From Octopus sinensis (Eukaryota), in NCBI RefSeq assembly GCF_006345805.1, contig NC_043008.1, positions 35,960,001-36,024,000 of the forward strand: a DNA stretch of 64,000 nucleotides. The letters run 5' to 3'. A program made the position numbers and the translations under genes. Under the pieces are notes generated by a model. That model saw nothing but the letters and a program-made list of their open reading frames with translations. It searched no databases and was not told the DNA's origin. Below, in pieces: positions 23,380 through 36,699 of the stretch; within the stretch, counting starts at the first letter, position 1; every line of letters begins with the position of its first letter.

Positions 23380-25644
23380 TTGTACAAGTAATTTGCTGTA
23401 TGAACTGAGGCTTGCGCAAATTTTTGTCTTGAAGTAGGAGCGGAAATTCACAGTACAAGTGAGGTTCATACAAGCAACTGCTAGTTGGTGCTCAACCCAC
23501 ACATGCTCTTCCAATAAGCACAGTCTTTGCTCACTCAGTTCACGTGTTTACCTTGTGGCAAAATCCCTGTTGTGTTTTTCCCAGTGTTTTTGTTTAGTTT
23601 TGTGCATTTTTTGCTATTATTTTACAATTAGTTGTGTTAGCTATGGGCCCTAAGACGGTTAGTGCAAAGGATAGTGCTGAGAAGAAGAAAAAGCTGATTA
23701 CGATAGAACTGAAGAAGGAAATCATTGATAAACATAAGAGAAGAGTGTGTTTAGTGGACTTAGCATGTCAACACGACTGAAGCATGTCGATGATCTGCAC
23801 CATCCTGAAGAAAAAAGGATGTGATCAAAGCCATTACAACAGCAAAAGGTGTCTCCAGGCTCTCTAAGCAATGAACGTCTGTCCATGAAAGGGCAGAAAA
23901 ATTGCTTCTTCTGTAGATCAATGAGAAGCACTTGCAGGGAATATGATTATGGAGACCATCATCAGCAAGAAAGCATGAGCACTGTAAGGAAATCTCCTGA
24001 AGCAGAACTCTGGAACATTGATGGAGGAGACATCAACAGATGCATTTAAGGCCAGTTGTGGCTGGTTTGATAATTTGAAGAAGAGGACTGGTGTTCACAG
24101 CGTCGTCAAGTATGGAGAGCAGTGATATCTGAGAAGAAGGTAGCTGAAGATTTTGTGAGTAAATTCCATCAGCTCATCACAGCTGAGGAGTACATCGGAC
24201 AACATATATTCAACTGTGATGAACCTGGCTTCTTTTGGGGAAAAAATGCCCAGAAGAACCTACATAACAGTAGAGGAAAAGAAAATGCCAGGCCACAAGT
24301 CTATGAAAGATAGCCTAACGCTCGTCCTTTGTGCCAATGTGAGTGGAGACTTGAAGATTAAGCTGCTCCTTGTCTACCATTCCGAAAACCCATGAGCATT
24401 CAAGTTTCACAAAATCCTGAAGGAGAAGCTGCAGGTCATGTAGAGGGCAAATGTTAAAGCCTGGGTCACCAGGCAATTCTTCTCTGAGTGGGTGAACCTA
24501 GTCTTCTGACCAATGGGTGACAATGTACCTGCTAGAGAAAAATCTTCCTCTCAAGGCCCTCCTCATTCTTGACAATGCTCCTGCTTACCCTCCTAACCTT
24601 GAAGATGATATCCTAGATGAATACAAATTGATGAAAGTTCTGTACCTTTCATGCAACACCACCCCTATCTTGCAGCCCATGGACCAACAGAAATTTTAAG
24701 AAATTGTACACTAAACACCTGTTTTGTTGGTGCTTTAACGTCACCAAAAATACAAATCTAACACTTCATCTATTTTGGAAGGAGCACTACAACACTTAAC
24801 TGCCAGTAAATCATTGATATGGCCTGGCAGAGTGTAACAAGGAGAACAATTCTGCATGGAGGAAACTGTGACCTGACTGTGTATCCAAAAGAGACATGTA
24901 GTCAAGGAGATAGTGTCTCTTGGCAAGTCCATGGGCCTCAAGGTTGACAATGAAGACATCAATGATCTTGTCGAGGAGCTGACGACAGATGAACTCCTGT
25001 AGCTTCAGGAGCAGCAGCATTTGGATGTGGTAGAAGAGATTGCTTCCCCAGAGGAGGACAGTGTAGCAGAGAAGGCTATCTCTACGAGTGACATAAAGGC
25101 AGTGTTAGCAAAGTAGCAGTTTGCTTCTGAATTTGTAAAAAAATATCACCCTGAAAAAGTAGCTACAGATCGTGCAGCTGCTTTATTTAATGACTCTGCT
25201 CTGGCACATTTTCATAACATTTTGAAAGGTAGTAAAAAGTAAACTTCTCTTGATAAGTTTCTAATGAAACGACCTACAAGTGTAAAAAGTGAAGAAAGCA
25301 TGTCCAAAAAGCCTAAGTTAAGCAAAGTGAGAGAGAAAACACCAGAAATTGTTCTTCTAGAAGTCTTAATGGAAACGTCTTCCACGTGCACAAATTGTTC
25401 CATTTTAAAGGTAATTCAGTTAATAAAACCAGTTTACATATTTCTTTTGCATTCTTGTTTTTATAATTGTTATTTTACTTGTAAGTACACTCTTTCTGTT
25501 TTAAAACCCACAAAAAATTATTTTTGGGTGGTTTTGTGGGGCTGGAATAGATTAATTATATTTTAGTTCATTTCAATGGGGAAAACTGATTTGTAAAACG
25601 AGTAAGTCATAAAACGAATTAACTTGTACTGTGAGGTATCACTG
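23380..25644 (+). mobile_element. Tigger/pogo DNA transposon, near full length, inactive
   Basis: Right terminus ...gaggtatcactg followed by TA (reverse complement CAGTGATACCTC, Tigger-type TIR); left TIR not found; transposase remnant inside. Confidence 0.85.
23643..25330 (+). pseudogene. Disrupted Tigger (TIGD1-like) DDE transposase
   Basis: MGPKTVSAKDSAEKKKKLITIELKKEII (CENP-B HTH), FKASCGWFDNLKKR, IFNCDEPGFFW, LLILDNAPAYP, NTTPILQPMDQ; many stops and frameshifts. Confidence 0.9.
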
Positions 25645-25941
25645 TACTGCAAGACTTTTTATATCCAGCAGCCTACAATCCTCTAAGTACTTAATCCTCA
25701 AAATAAAACAAGGAACTTTTCAACAAAATAATTTCATGTAAATATTTATTTTTCATGTTTCTCTAAATTAAAATGTAATTAAAATTGCAAAAAGTGATCT
25801 GGGGAAACAAAACTGAGTATTTCAAAAATGTCACTCATTGGGAATTAATTTTCCAAAAGTCATTCTCCTAAATCTCCAAAAGTAATAGCAAATATTTTAT
25901 GATTAAATATCACATTTCAGGTCTATTATATATATATAATC

Positions 25942-26300
25942 ATCATCATCATCATCAGTTAACATCCGTTGTCCATGCTGGCATGGGTTGGATGATCTGA
26001 CTGGACTGGCATGCTGGAAGGCTGCACCAGACTCCAGTCTGATTTGGCATGGTTTTCTATGGCTGGATACCTTTCCTAATGCCAACCACTCAGAGAGTGT
26101 GAGGACTGCTTTTATGTGCCAATTTGTGACACCAGTATCTGCCATGACTGCAATTTTGCTAGATTTGATGGGCCTTCTCAAGCACAACATAATGCCAAAG
26201 GTCTTGGTCATTGCCTCTGTGAGGCCTAACACTAAAAAAGAACTCAGCCACTTTGCCTCCATGAGGCCCATTGTAAATGTTGAATGATGAAAATGAGTGC
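25942..26300 (-). mobile_element. RTE-type 3' tail element (5'-truncated LINE or SINE)
   Basis: About 170 nt align closely with the RTE 3' UTR 46767-46950 (ccatgctggcatgggttgga...ggctgcaccag...ttcctaatgccaaccactc.gagagtgt). Confidence 0.8.
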
Positions 26301-26474
26301 TCAACACTGCATTAGATAGATTGATAGTTATGCATGTACAGAATCTATACATGCACATTTTTTTCTACAAAAGTAAAGCAAATGAACAGAAAACTGGATA
26401 AATAAACACTAAACTTCAGATGTTTCTTTTTAAGACAAGAAATATTACCATTATATATCACCAGGTTTCAAAAA

Positions 26475-26552
26475 TTTGAAAGGCAGTAAAAAGTAAACTT
26501 CTCTAGATAAATTTCTAATGAAACAACCTGCAAGTGTAAAAAGTGAAGAAAG
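26475..26552 (+). repeat. 78-bp duplicate of Tigger segment 25221-25298
   Basis: 5 mismatches over 78 nt by eye. Confidence 0.85.
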
Positions 26553-26553
26553 T

Positions 26554-26927
26554 GTAGGAGTGGCTGTGTGGTAAGTAGCTTGCTTACGAACCACATGGTT
26601 CTGGGTTCATTCCCACTGCGTGGCACCTTGGGCAAGTGTCTTCTACTATAACCTCAGGCCAACCAAAGCCTTGTGAGTGGATTTGGTAGACAGAAACTGA
26701 AAGAAGCCCGTCATATGTGTGTGCATGTGTGTCTGTGTTTGTCCCCCCAACATTGCTTGACAACTGGTGCTGGTGTGTTTACGTCCCCGTAACTTAGCAG
26801 TTCGGCAAAAGAGACTGATAGAATAAGTACTAGGCTTACAAAGAATAAGTCCTGGGCTCAATTTCCTCGACTACAGGCGGTGCTCCAGCATGGCCACAGT
26901 CAAATGACTGAAACAAGTAAAAGAGTA
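26554..26927 (+). mobile_element. SINE family A, full length
   Basis: Same head, body and gtaaaagag tail as 4055-4433. Confidence 0.9.
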
Positions 26928-29900
26928 ATTGTTTTGTCATGAGTTTGTCCAAAGTACTAAAGAAAATAGTTTGTTTTTTCTTTAATTTAAAAAATACTTT
27001 TTAGTCATTAATGCTCCTGAGACAAGGAAATGGTAATAAATAAGACCAAGCAGTGTTTATTAGCCTCATTAAAACCCAGCAAGAGATTAAATTGTATAGG
27101 AAAATAGACTATCATTAACTAAAAGGTAGATAATAGTTAATCCCTAAGAGATTAACTAAAATTGTAGGAGAGCAAGTTTTTCACTAAATTTCCTTTAACA
27201 CTTTCACAAAATTAAAAAAATATATAATCAAAATCAAAACAAATCATATAAGCATTTGATAGATTTCAGATAGATTATCTCATGAGTCATGTATAAGACA
27301 CATTTTATTTATCCAGTGTTAGGGTTTCTTAAATCAAAAACACTGAATAAATTGATTTCTCTCAGCGTTGATAAAAAACTGGGTTTTTTCTTTGTTTTTC
27401 TATATTCATACTTAGCTGGTAGTTGTTGAAGAAATCAAGGTTTTATACTATTTTATATCCAGTCATTCACACACCTAAAATCAAATCCCAGAATTAGACC
27501 ATGGAACTATAAACCAACAATCTAGCTGTCAGCCTCCAGTTCGTGCTTTATTCCTTCAGTAAATCATTCTTTTTGTTCTTGTACTGCTGCCAAGTGGAAT
27601 AACAGAGATAGTTGAGAGCAGGGGAGGAAAATAAGGTTCAGTGCTTTAGTATGGAGAGTAAGAACAACAAGGTATTAAGGTAGTAAGCTATTAGTCATAT
27701 TATCCAAAGCTAGTATTCTATCACCATTGCGACACTGTGGTGTAGTTGGCAAAAGCATAATACCCAACTTACCTATCAACAGCACAGACCATCTACAGTT
27801 ATAAATAAGTATCACAAAATGGTACAATTCCTTACCATAAATAGTGAAAAGAAGAATAAGTCTGCTCAATCAGAGTTGTAACTTCACAACAATGAGAAGA
27901 GAATACATAATTCTTTTATTTATTATAATTATTTAATCTGATGGAAAAGCTGAAATGACAGAAATGGTAAGGTATTAAACTGTGTATCTAGTTTTGATAC
28001 CATATAACCAAATGTTCAAATACAGCGGGGACTGACTTTACAGTATGCCTTTTTCAATATTAAAAACAAAATAGATACCAGTTATCTATGGAGTTCAATT
28101 CCTTGCCAACAAATCGTGTGTTATTGAGCCATTTAATCTGAAGAAGGAAGGTAGTTCACAAAACTGTTTTAAGTCTGCTCAAATTAGTGAGAAAGATGCC
28201 ACTAATTTAATTTTGTTAGCCTGCAGTGCTGGGGTTAAAATTCTTTTATGATCAGTAGCCCTATAGCAAATAGACATTCCACTCCAAGACATATGGGACA
28301 TTTCAACAGATCGATAGAATTGACAACCTAGAAGAAGGACCATAATACTACACACCTACAAGTAAAAGAAGTGAATTAGACAGAAGGGAAGGGACATTAA
28401 AAGTTTGGCACTATACCAGAACCAACATTCAGACTCTGTAGCAAAGAACCTAACACTATGCCCCTTCTGACATTGTATTTCCTTCAGAATTTATGCTATA
28501 TAGAACTAATATTGTGTTTAGCTGAAAACTCAGTCACATTAGCAAATTTATTATGATATATTTCCTGTAAATTCTGATATTTAGAATAAGTAGATTGCAT
28601 TCTTGTCTAAGAGGAAACCAAAGGGTTATAGTCAAGAAGAGCATTTGGCTATAAAACACTGCCTCAAAGAGTTCTATGACAAGAAAAATAGGATGCAAAA
28701 TTATTTTTGTTGTTACCATTACCAAAGATTAGCCTTTGGAATTGCTTGTACCACATTCCTAGCAGTATCATTTCTTTATTCTCATTCTTCATTTAATACC
28801 AGTTTAGAGGAGCATATGATTAAAAACATGTTATGTCTTTTTATACCAGAATATAAAGACATCAACCATTTGAACCAATCAGTTATTATGAAATTTTTAT
28901 GTATTTTTATAGACAAGCTGTTACTACACAGTAAGTATAGTGGATGAGCATACTAAAAAACTTTAACATTTGAAAAATAGTTTCTTCGTTCAAACCTAAC
29001 CAACATAATATATGAGTAGAAACAGTGCTTCCTGAAAATGGTTATAGATGATATTCATGATAATCTAATATAAACAGACTCTTCCTGCCAATAAATAAAT
29101 AAACTTTTTAAAATGGGCTAAAGAGCCTGGAAAGAGGGAATTCCTCTCTTTCTCATAATTGAAACATAATTAGAATGTTCGTTATCCACTCAACTATAAA
29201 AGCTAGATTAGAGTGTACAAAGTACTACACATTCAGAAATAGTTGTGTACTAATTTTTGAAGCAATGATTTTTCATGTGTAGATGCCTACAATAGTGCTT
29301 AATTACTCGACACAATGGCTGTAGCAGAATTGCCATTTATGGCTGTTATGTTTACTTTGCACTTAAATCTATTTGACGACAAATACATTTTCAAATGTTG
29401 AGAGGATCTTCAGAATTTATTTCCTTGCATTAAGTAGTAACTTCAGTTAATCTCATCATCAACAGTAGCATTACTATATTTTCCAACATAAAAGTTGAAT
29501 TTTTCAGACCCAAATTTACAGTCAAAAAAGGTAAATCAATTTACACATCATGACAACCTTGAAGGACCAAAAATTCCATGTGAAATGCAGCAGAATTTGA
29601 AAAGATAGTGAAGATGTTTGAATGTTTACACCACATACTATGTTGACTTGTATGCTGGAAAATATGGCACATTAGTTTTACCTATAATGTTATATTTAAT
29701 CCTTTGCAAAATACAAGGTCTCCATAATGATGGTTATTACATTTGGTTTCTGTACTGTTAGACCAGTGTAATGACTTCAACTATTTTTATGAGATTTTAA
29801 TAACTTAAGCAACAGTTTTAAATTTTAATTTGGGTTAAATTTCACTTGCAGGAAAAGTGTCCATCACTCCAGTCAGGCCTCATGTCTATACAGGGTTTTT

Positions 29901-30194
29901 TAAAAAATATTTCTCTGTAGAGGAAATGAAAAGAGTATTGCATCCCAATTAATCATTTAAATCTATGATCTTGCATTACCTATACCAGTGTAACACCACC
30001 ACATGGCCACTGGAAGCCTTTAGCAGAATCTATTCACAAATCCAAGCATTTGGGCCAAGTCTTCAATCTGAGTGTAACTTCCTCTGTTCATCATACCAAT
30101 CTTAGAGTCTGAAAAGAGGGTTATTGAAACTGCCCTTCCTCTTTTGGATTAAGTGATTTAAAAAAAAAAAAAGGATTTTAGTCACATGAAACTC

Positions 30195-30345
30195 TGCTGT
30201 GTTGTTGGCGTTAGGAAGGGCACCCAGCTATAAAAATCCTGCCAAAACAGTCACAAAAGTCTGGTGCAGATTTCTGCCTGGCCAGCTCTTGTGGTACTGT
30301 CCCACCCATGCTAGCATGGAAGATGGATGTTAAACGATGAACAAT
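30195..30345 (+). mobile_element. RTE-type 3' tail fragment
   Basis: gttggcgttaggaagggcacccagcta...cccacccatgctagcatggaagatggatgttaaacgatga. Confidence 0.75.
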
Positions 30346-31364
30346 GAAAGGAATTGTACCGAGAACTTCATAACTTCTTTGTTGAGATTAATAATTAGGA
30401 GAACTAGGCCTTTGACAGTTCAGTATTTTGTAATGGAGAGCTGGTGATTTCCAGAACAGTCAACCTTCCAGCAAGTTGTCCAATAAACTATTATTAATAG
30501 CTACTCTCCTCTGTTGCATTCCTCTTTAATTCGCTGTCTTTTTCTCACATTTAAGACTTCACTAACACAAATAATTTTCTAATCTATTCACTTAAAAACC
30601 CCTTGGCCTAAAACCTCTTACCTGACAACCATCAAACTTTCCTTGTAGCACACACAACCAGATCTCCCAAATCAGTACAATTTATCCTACTGATAGCTTT
30701 ATCAACCAATTTACAGTGAGATTCATGTAGGACATACAATGTATATTCACAATTCATTCCATTTCAGCACGCACAACTTTTGACATGCTGCAGTGGTATA
30801 TATTATCACACAGCCTAAGGCCTACCTTGAACTGTTTTCTATACAAGGCACATAGCGTCATCATTACATACATATACACATTCTAGATGATAGACACTGA
30901 ATCATCACAGTGGCTCAAGGCCTTCAATTCGTAAGTACTCATACAGTCACAAGCTACATTTCATTTATCTAAACTAAACACTACAATTTGATGACTAGTG
31001 CTCATGTATGTGTCCATGTGTGTGTGTGAGGGGGTGGGAGCAACTTATCTATATAACCTTAATCAATGAGGTCAAGCTTAAAACCCTAATTTTAAAAACT
31101 AAGATGTGCCCTTACAAGCAAGTACATGGCTAACTTTATAATCCAGAATTAAAAAGAAAAGCAAGATTAGCAGAATACATGTAAAGCTAGCCCCACCCCC
31201 TCCACCTTATCTAAGGTGAAACATGAAAATAGCTAAAACTAAAATAGCAATGATAAAAATATTTACTACTACTACTACTACTACTACTACTCCTACAACA
31301 ACTACTACTACAACTAATAATAATAATAATAATAATAATACATAAATCTGAAATATTAAAATTA

Positions 31365-31505
31365 TGAGCTGGCCAGGGACCCTTTATGAACTGGTCAAAC
31401 TTGATAGAAATAACAGCCAAATCTTCCCTCAAATAACACGCTTAAAAAAAAAAAAGGAAGGACACACTGGATAACACAGCTGAAAATAGCCTAAGGTTAA
31501 ACAAC
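31365..31505 (+). repeat. Dispersed repeat family D copy
   Basis: tagaaataacagccaaatcttccctcaaat...ttaaaaaaaa...ctggataa...ggttaaacaacaa. Confidence 0.5.
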
Positions 31506-32434
31506 AAGTACTGTTGCTACTACTATTAAACAATTAATATCTTACTATACTGGAGCTACTATATACATGGAAAACTGCTATCACTACTGCTACAACTATT
31601 GTTTGTATTAATGACATACACTACTACTACTACTACTACTGCTGCTGCTGTTACTGTTGATGATGACGAGCACAGAATGTAGCTTTTCATTATTATTGCT
31701 GAAATTCTTTGAACATTTCAGCAGGTAAAATACTGAATCCAGTTTTGATTCCTGCTTTTAGGTAAAAATATCACCTTGTTACCAACCACTCTAAAACGGC
31801 TTTGGTTGCATTTGTGTTGCCCTAAAAAGACATACTTAAGCCACTACAGTCAGCCTAGTAGACAAGTCCTTCCTGTCTGAAAGGAAGGTAGTTATCCAGT
31901 ATTAGAAAAAAAAAAAAAAAGGTCAATGAGAGCAAGAGATAGAGAGAGAGGGATATGAAGTGGTATTATCAGTTAGGCTGCTAATCAACCATCAGTTCCA
32001 GGACAGTGAAATCACTGATACTCCAAACAGTGGATGCAAACTGAAAGTGGGCTGAGGTAGTGTGATAGTTTGACTGATGTAGGTTTGTGGTGGCCAGAAG
32101 TAAGTTATTTAATTACTCAATTCAGTAATGATAAAAGTGTCATTTGTATGGAGAAACTAAAGTTCATCATGGTCAATAAGAGATCTATCAATATAAGATA
32201 TAAAATCCTTTTGTCCTTAAAGAACAAAAGATTGTTGTCAGAGATGACGTTTGACACAGCAATTAAAATGTCAAGCATTAACTCCTCTACACCATAAAAA
32301 TTACCACACCTGATGGCTGTATTCCAGTATGGCCATGACTTTTACAGCTTAGAGAATCTTAAGAACATAAGGCATTGTAAAAGAAGGCCTGCTAAGAATA
32401 TATGGACTTCAGCAGTACACACACACACGACAGA

Positions 32435-32870
32435 CATCATTTTAACATTCACTTTTCCATGCTTGCATGGGTCAAATGAAACTTGTTGAAGCAGATTTTT
32501 CTATGACCACATGTTTCTGTTGCTAACCCTCACCAGTTCCCAGACAAAGTAATATTTCACCTTTGTCCTTTAATTAGGCTGAACATGTTTTTTGTAGAAG
32601 ATTGTAAACAAATGACATTGTATAAAGAATGCTGTTTCCAATTTGTGTGTAAATGTTGAGAGGAAAGTAAAACCTTCTCTCACACAAACACATCCATACA
32701 TGCACACACACGTATACAATGGGTTTCTTACTCTTTCTGTCTATCAATAAGTCAACTTACAGCAATAAAAGAACATACCAGTGGACAGTGCCCATACAGA
32801 GGTAATAAACCGTAAACCCCATGGTTCTGGAGTGAATTTAACTATATGACCATGCTGGTGCTTAAATACA
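32435..32870 (-). mobile_element. Decayed SINE with family A-like head and RTE-type tail
   Basis: Tail catcattttaacattcacttttccatgcttgcatggg; middle gttgctaaccctcacc...gtaatatttc; head remnants gggtttcttactctttctgtcta and ccatggttc. Confidence 0.5.
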
Positions 32871-33077
32871 CATACATGAAAGTGATAGCTGTAAAAGCTT
32901 GTGACGAAAGGAGTGAAAATAAAATTTGGGTAAAGTAAAATATTACATTTTTAATAAAGGTGACCCAGACGACAGGAACATATAAGAACAGACAAGCAGA
33001 ACTACAACTACAAAAAATAAATGTAGGATTGTATTAGCTTTAAGTTTAAACAGAAGTTTTTTTAATTAGAAGAAAGT

Positions 33078-33285
33078 GTAACCCTTTGACATTTAAACCG
33101 GCCATAGCTGGCACAAGTATTTTACCTGTTTTATGTTCAAACTAACCAGATGCAGCCTCTCCCACCAAAATAAGCAATCACATCATCAAAATCTTGAAGC
33201 TGTATGATAATGCATAATTAATTGAAAACCATGTGAATGAATGAGCATTACGATTAACAGAGTAATCTAAATGTTAAAGGGTTAC
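33078..33285 (-). mobile_element. MITE family A, inverted copy
   Basis: aaccctttgacatttaaaccggccata...tattttacctgttttatgttcaaact...cagagtaatctaaatgttaaagggtta. Confidence 0.8.
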
Positions 33286-35587
33286 AGAAGGAAAAGGAAA
33301 TTGAACAAGAAAACTGTTGAGAATTTAGGTGATGAAAAATGGTCTACAACACTTAATGTATTTTAACCCTATAAATGTGCCTTTCAGATGCTGACAGAGA
33401 GACATGAAAATCCTCTCATGACAACATTTGTATATTTGAAATGGCAATGATGTGGCAATGATAAATGCTTCTGCTATAGGTTACATGCTCAAAGTAGCTA
33501 GTTTCAAAGGTTATGTCGACAGGATAGTTTAGGAGGAGAAGGATATGTGGCCTTTTTGGTCCCTAACTTTACTGGATCCTATAACACTTATTTGATTGTG
33601 TCTGCTATAAATTTTGTGAACTTGTACAAAATGATATCCATAGAGTTCAAATATGTATGTACAAAGCTGAAATTCTTTTGAAGTTCCTTATGAACCAATT
33701 CCTTTGAAGCATTTGTAAAACAACACTTCAGTTTGATGAACAGATGAATCAGATGAAATTTGAGTGTGATGGATTGAAATTTAAATGCCATTAAAACATA
33801 CTAGAATGAAATATTTGCATATCTATGCACATTGTGACTAGAGTGAAGAAATTCTTAAATTTATTGATTATATTATGTATTTTTGTATTCAAATTTATTT
33901 TGTTTTGACTTTACTAAAAGTACATAAAAGATTGTATAGTTTCTATTTTTCTCTCTGAAATTTAAATATCATCAATGATCTCACTTTAGAGACATTCTGC
34001 ATATTTAATGCAATGTAGATTAACATTGAAGATCATTCCTCAAAGCATTCGCAAGAACTTGGAACTGAGAAAATGTAAAATTGAGAACAAACAAAAACAA
34101 ATGGTTGTAAAGGTGATAAGATGCATGGGAGAGAAAAATTTCTCCTTGGATATAATGCCAGACAACATTCTCAGAGTAGGTGGATTAAGGCAATAAAAAA
34201 ATAATTGATCTGTTCAAATACTCAAAGAAATGCAAGTGATAAAGTCAAGTCGTTTGAGCAGCTAGTAGTCCAGTACTGTAATCACTCAGATCATTCCATT
34301 TCATTTGGGAAAGTAAGCCACTAGATTTTGCAATAAAGATTGCCTATAACATTTAGTTCAACAAGAGAGAAACAGAAGAGAAATAGTAGCAAAATGTATA
34401 CAAGCAGGTGTATTGAGAAACTTCAAGTGGATGTATAATTGTGTAGCAATTGGACATAAAAGAAAATAATTACAGTACAGTTGTAGCAGAATAAATAGAG
34501 AAAAGCCAACAGGAGGCTTGAATTTTCTCAAGCAGAAAGAGAAAGTTTACCTTATTCACACTACCTATGATGTCAGAAACAATTTATCAGTTGGCTCACT
34601 CTATTCAGTAGAACATAACTATTTGAAGCCCCTAACTACAACCAGGTACAACATGTGTTAGGGCCATTGTAAAAGAGACCATTGTTAAAAATCAGGTCTT
34701 TAATAGGGCAACAAAGTGAAAGTAATAAATTGAAATTCAGACATAGTAGATTTATTTACTGTAGGTGTTTCAGTTGTCTTTCACTCAATTTTACAAACCT
34801 TAGTTAAGTAATGTATGTACCAGATCTTTAGTAAATTTAAATCCATTATAAGATTTATACAATGGAATGAGAATTAAACTTCAAAGCTCTAAAACATATT
34901 TTACATTTACTTTACTAAATAAAAATGGTTAAGTTTATAAGGTATTTGATGACCAGATAATGGATCATTAATTGAGCTTTATTTGGCCTGCAACACTGAT
35001 TGTAAATTCTATTTTAATCAAGTCATGTAGCTGACAATGTAGCAAGTACTTTTGGGACTTATTGGTCTTCTCTTCAAGACATGGTGTTATCAGTGAAATG
35101 GCTTGTTAAAAGTACTCAGCAAAATTTTTTACCTCAGTATCATTATTCAACAGCAAAACTAAATACGTTTCAAGCATTAAACATACTCGCACATATGAAA
35201 CCACTTTTATTATTATACTGCATGATATTTCAAATAATTTGATTTCACAACTTCTTGTGTCATTAATTTCAGCAGTGGTGTAGGTTTTAAGAGGATAGTT
35301 GCTGATACAGTACCTAACTCTCCCAAAGAATATGTGTTCAATGGGAGAGAGAGGGGGGATGGGATGAGAGCATAGAATGCAATATCAAGCTAATGGATAC
35401 TCATCAAGGTTACACACTTGCCGCCATACAGCTGTGAACTGTAGGACCCTGCAGCACCGAACGTTGGTCTCAAATACTTAGTGCTCATGTGTTTAGTATT
35501 TTTGCCACATGCAGATAAACCAATGCTTGTAATAGGGGACCAATGGCCAACTTCTTAGTTATTTCTTTGGTATCACACACACACAGA

Positions 35588-35820
35588 GGCGCAATGGCCT
35601 AGTGGTTAGGGCAGCGGACTCGCGGTCGCAGGATCGCGGTTTCGATTCTCAGACCGGGCGTTGTGTGTGTTTATTGAGCGAAAACACCTAAAAAAGCTCT
35701 ACGAGGCTCCGCAGGGGGTGGTGATCCCTGCTGTACTCTTTCACCACAATGGCGGTGCCCCAGCATGGCCACAGCTCAAGAGCTGAAACTGGAAAAACAA
35801 AAACAAAACAAACAAAAACA
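35588..35820 (+). mobile_element. Young CpG-rich tRNA-derived SINE (distinct head, family A-type tail)
   Basis: A-box TGGCCTAGTGG (35595), B-box GGTTTCGATTC (35638), tail ggcggtgccccagcatggccacagct...ctgaaactgg then an A/C-rich run. Confidence 0.85.
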
Positions 35821-36299
35821 CACTGGTATGTAAAAGTACACTAACTTTTTATTTATGTTTATAACAATCTTGTAGTATATTTACTTAGTAATAAAGAAAT
35901 GTCACCAAACTTCTGAACTAAATGTCTTTCAATATTTATTTACTTTTCTCTATCTCCTAAATTCAAGTCTTGCCATAATTGTCTCTACTTTCCATCACTT
36001 TTGCATAGAGAACAAGATGTACCAGTAAGACAGCAAAAACACACAATTGTGACTTTGTGCTACTGTTAAAAATAAATGACTACTACTTATTACTATCATT
36101 GTTATTGTTAAAATCTTGCTAAAAGCAAATCCACTTTGCCTTTAAAGCTTCTGGTATTGCAACCATATGATTACAGATCAAATATGACTGTGCAGAACCT
36201 TAGGCAAGTATCTTCAAGCATAGCTCCAGCTTGGCCAGTGTTTTACCAGGGGAATTTGATAGATGTAAATTATGTGCAAGCCTGTTTTATTTGTTTCTA

Positions 36300-36415
36300 T
36301 GATGGAGAAGCATCACCACCTATCAAAGGTTGGGCTATATTGTGAACTCTTTACTGGCCACTGAGACGGGGGCAACAAGGAGCAGTATGAGGACACTCTG
36401 AAGAAATCGCTCTGT
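36300..36415 (+). mobile_element. RTE (BovB-like) ORF C-terminal fragment
   Basis: MEKHHHLSKVGLYCELFTGH*DGGNKEQYEDTLKKSL resembles the RTE motif MEDxRLPKxxLYGELxxGxRxxGxxxKRYKDxLKxSL. Confidence 0.55.
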
Positions 36416-36474
36416 GCCTATATATATATATATATAATGGTTTGCCTATATATATATATATATATAATGGTTTG

Positions 36475-36523
<49 letters not shown>

Positions 36524-36530
36524 GTTTGGT
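36416..36530. repeat. (TA)n array with a 30-bp tandem unit
   Basis: aatggtttgcc at 36436 and 36466, variant aatagtttgg at 36520, separated by TA runs. Confidence 0.9.
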
Positions 36531-36699
36531 AATGCTAGACTAAATCCTCTGTAAGGCATTTAGTTACAAACCTTCAAGTTTACCTTTTGCAAATTATGGT
36601 GTGTGTGTGTTGGGGGGGAGGGTTAAAAAAAGTATCAGTCAATTAAACTGACATCTCAATGATTATGTAGCCTTGTACCAAAGTAAGAAATCACAACTA

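Noticed and set aside
28130-28180. CTGAAGAAGGAA..TTC..AAAAC hammerhead-like string
   Set aside because: Needs several non-CpG changes and stem I does not pair.
34100-34700. DNILRVGG motif suggesting a BEL/Pao pol remnant
   Set aside because: Only one short motif; downstream integrase HHCC and DDE motifs could not be read in any frame.
35588-35665. tRNA gene
   Set aside because: A and B boxes are present but there is no proper acceptor stem or oligo-T terminator, and it continues into a SINE body and shared tail.
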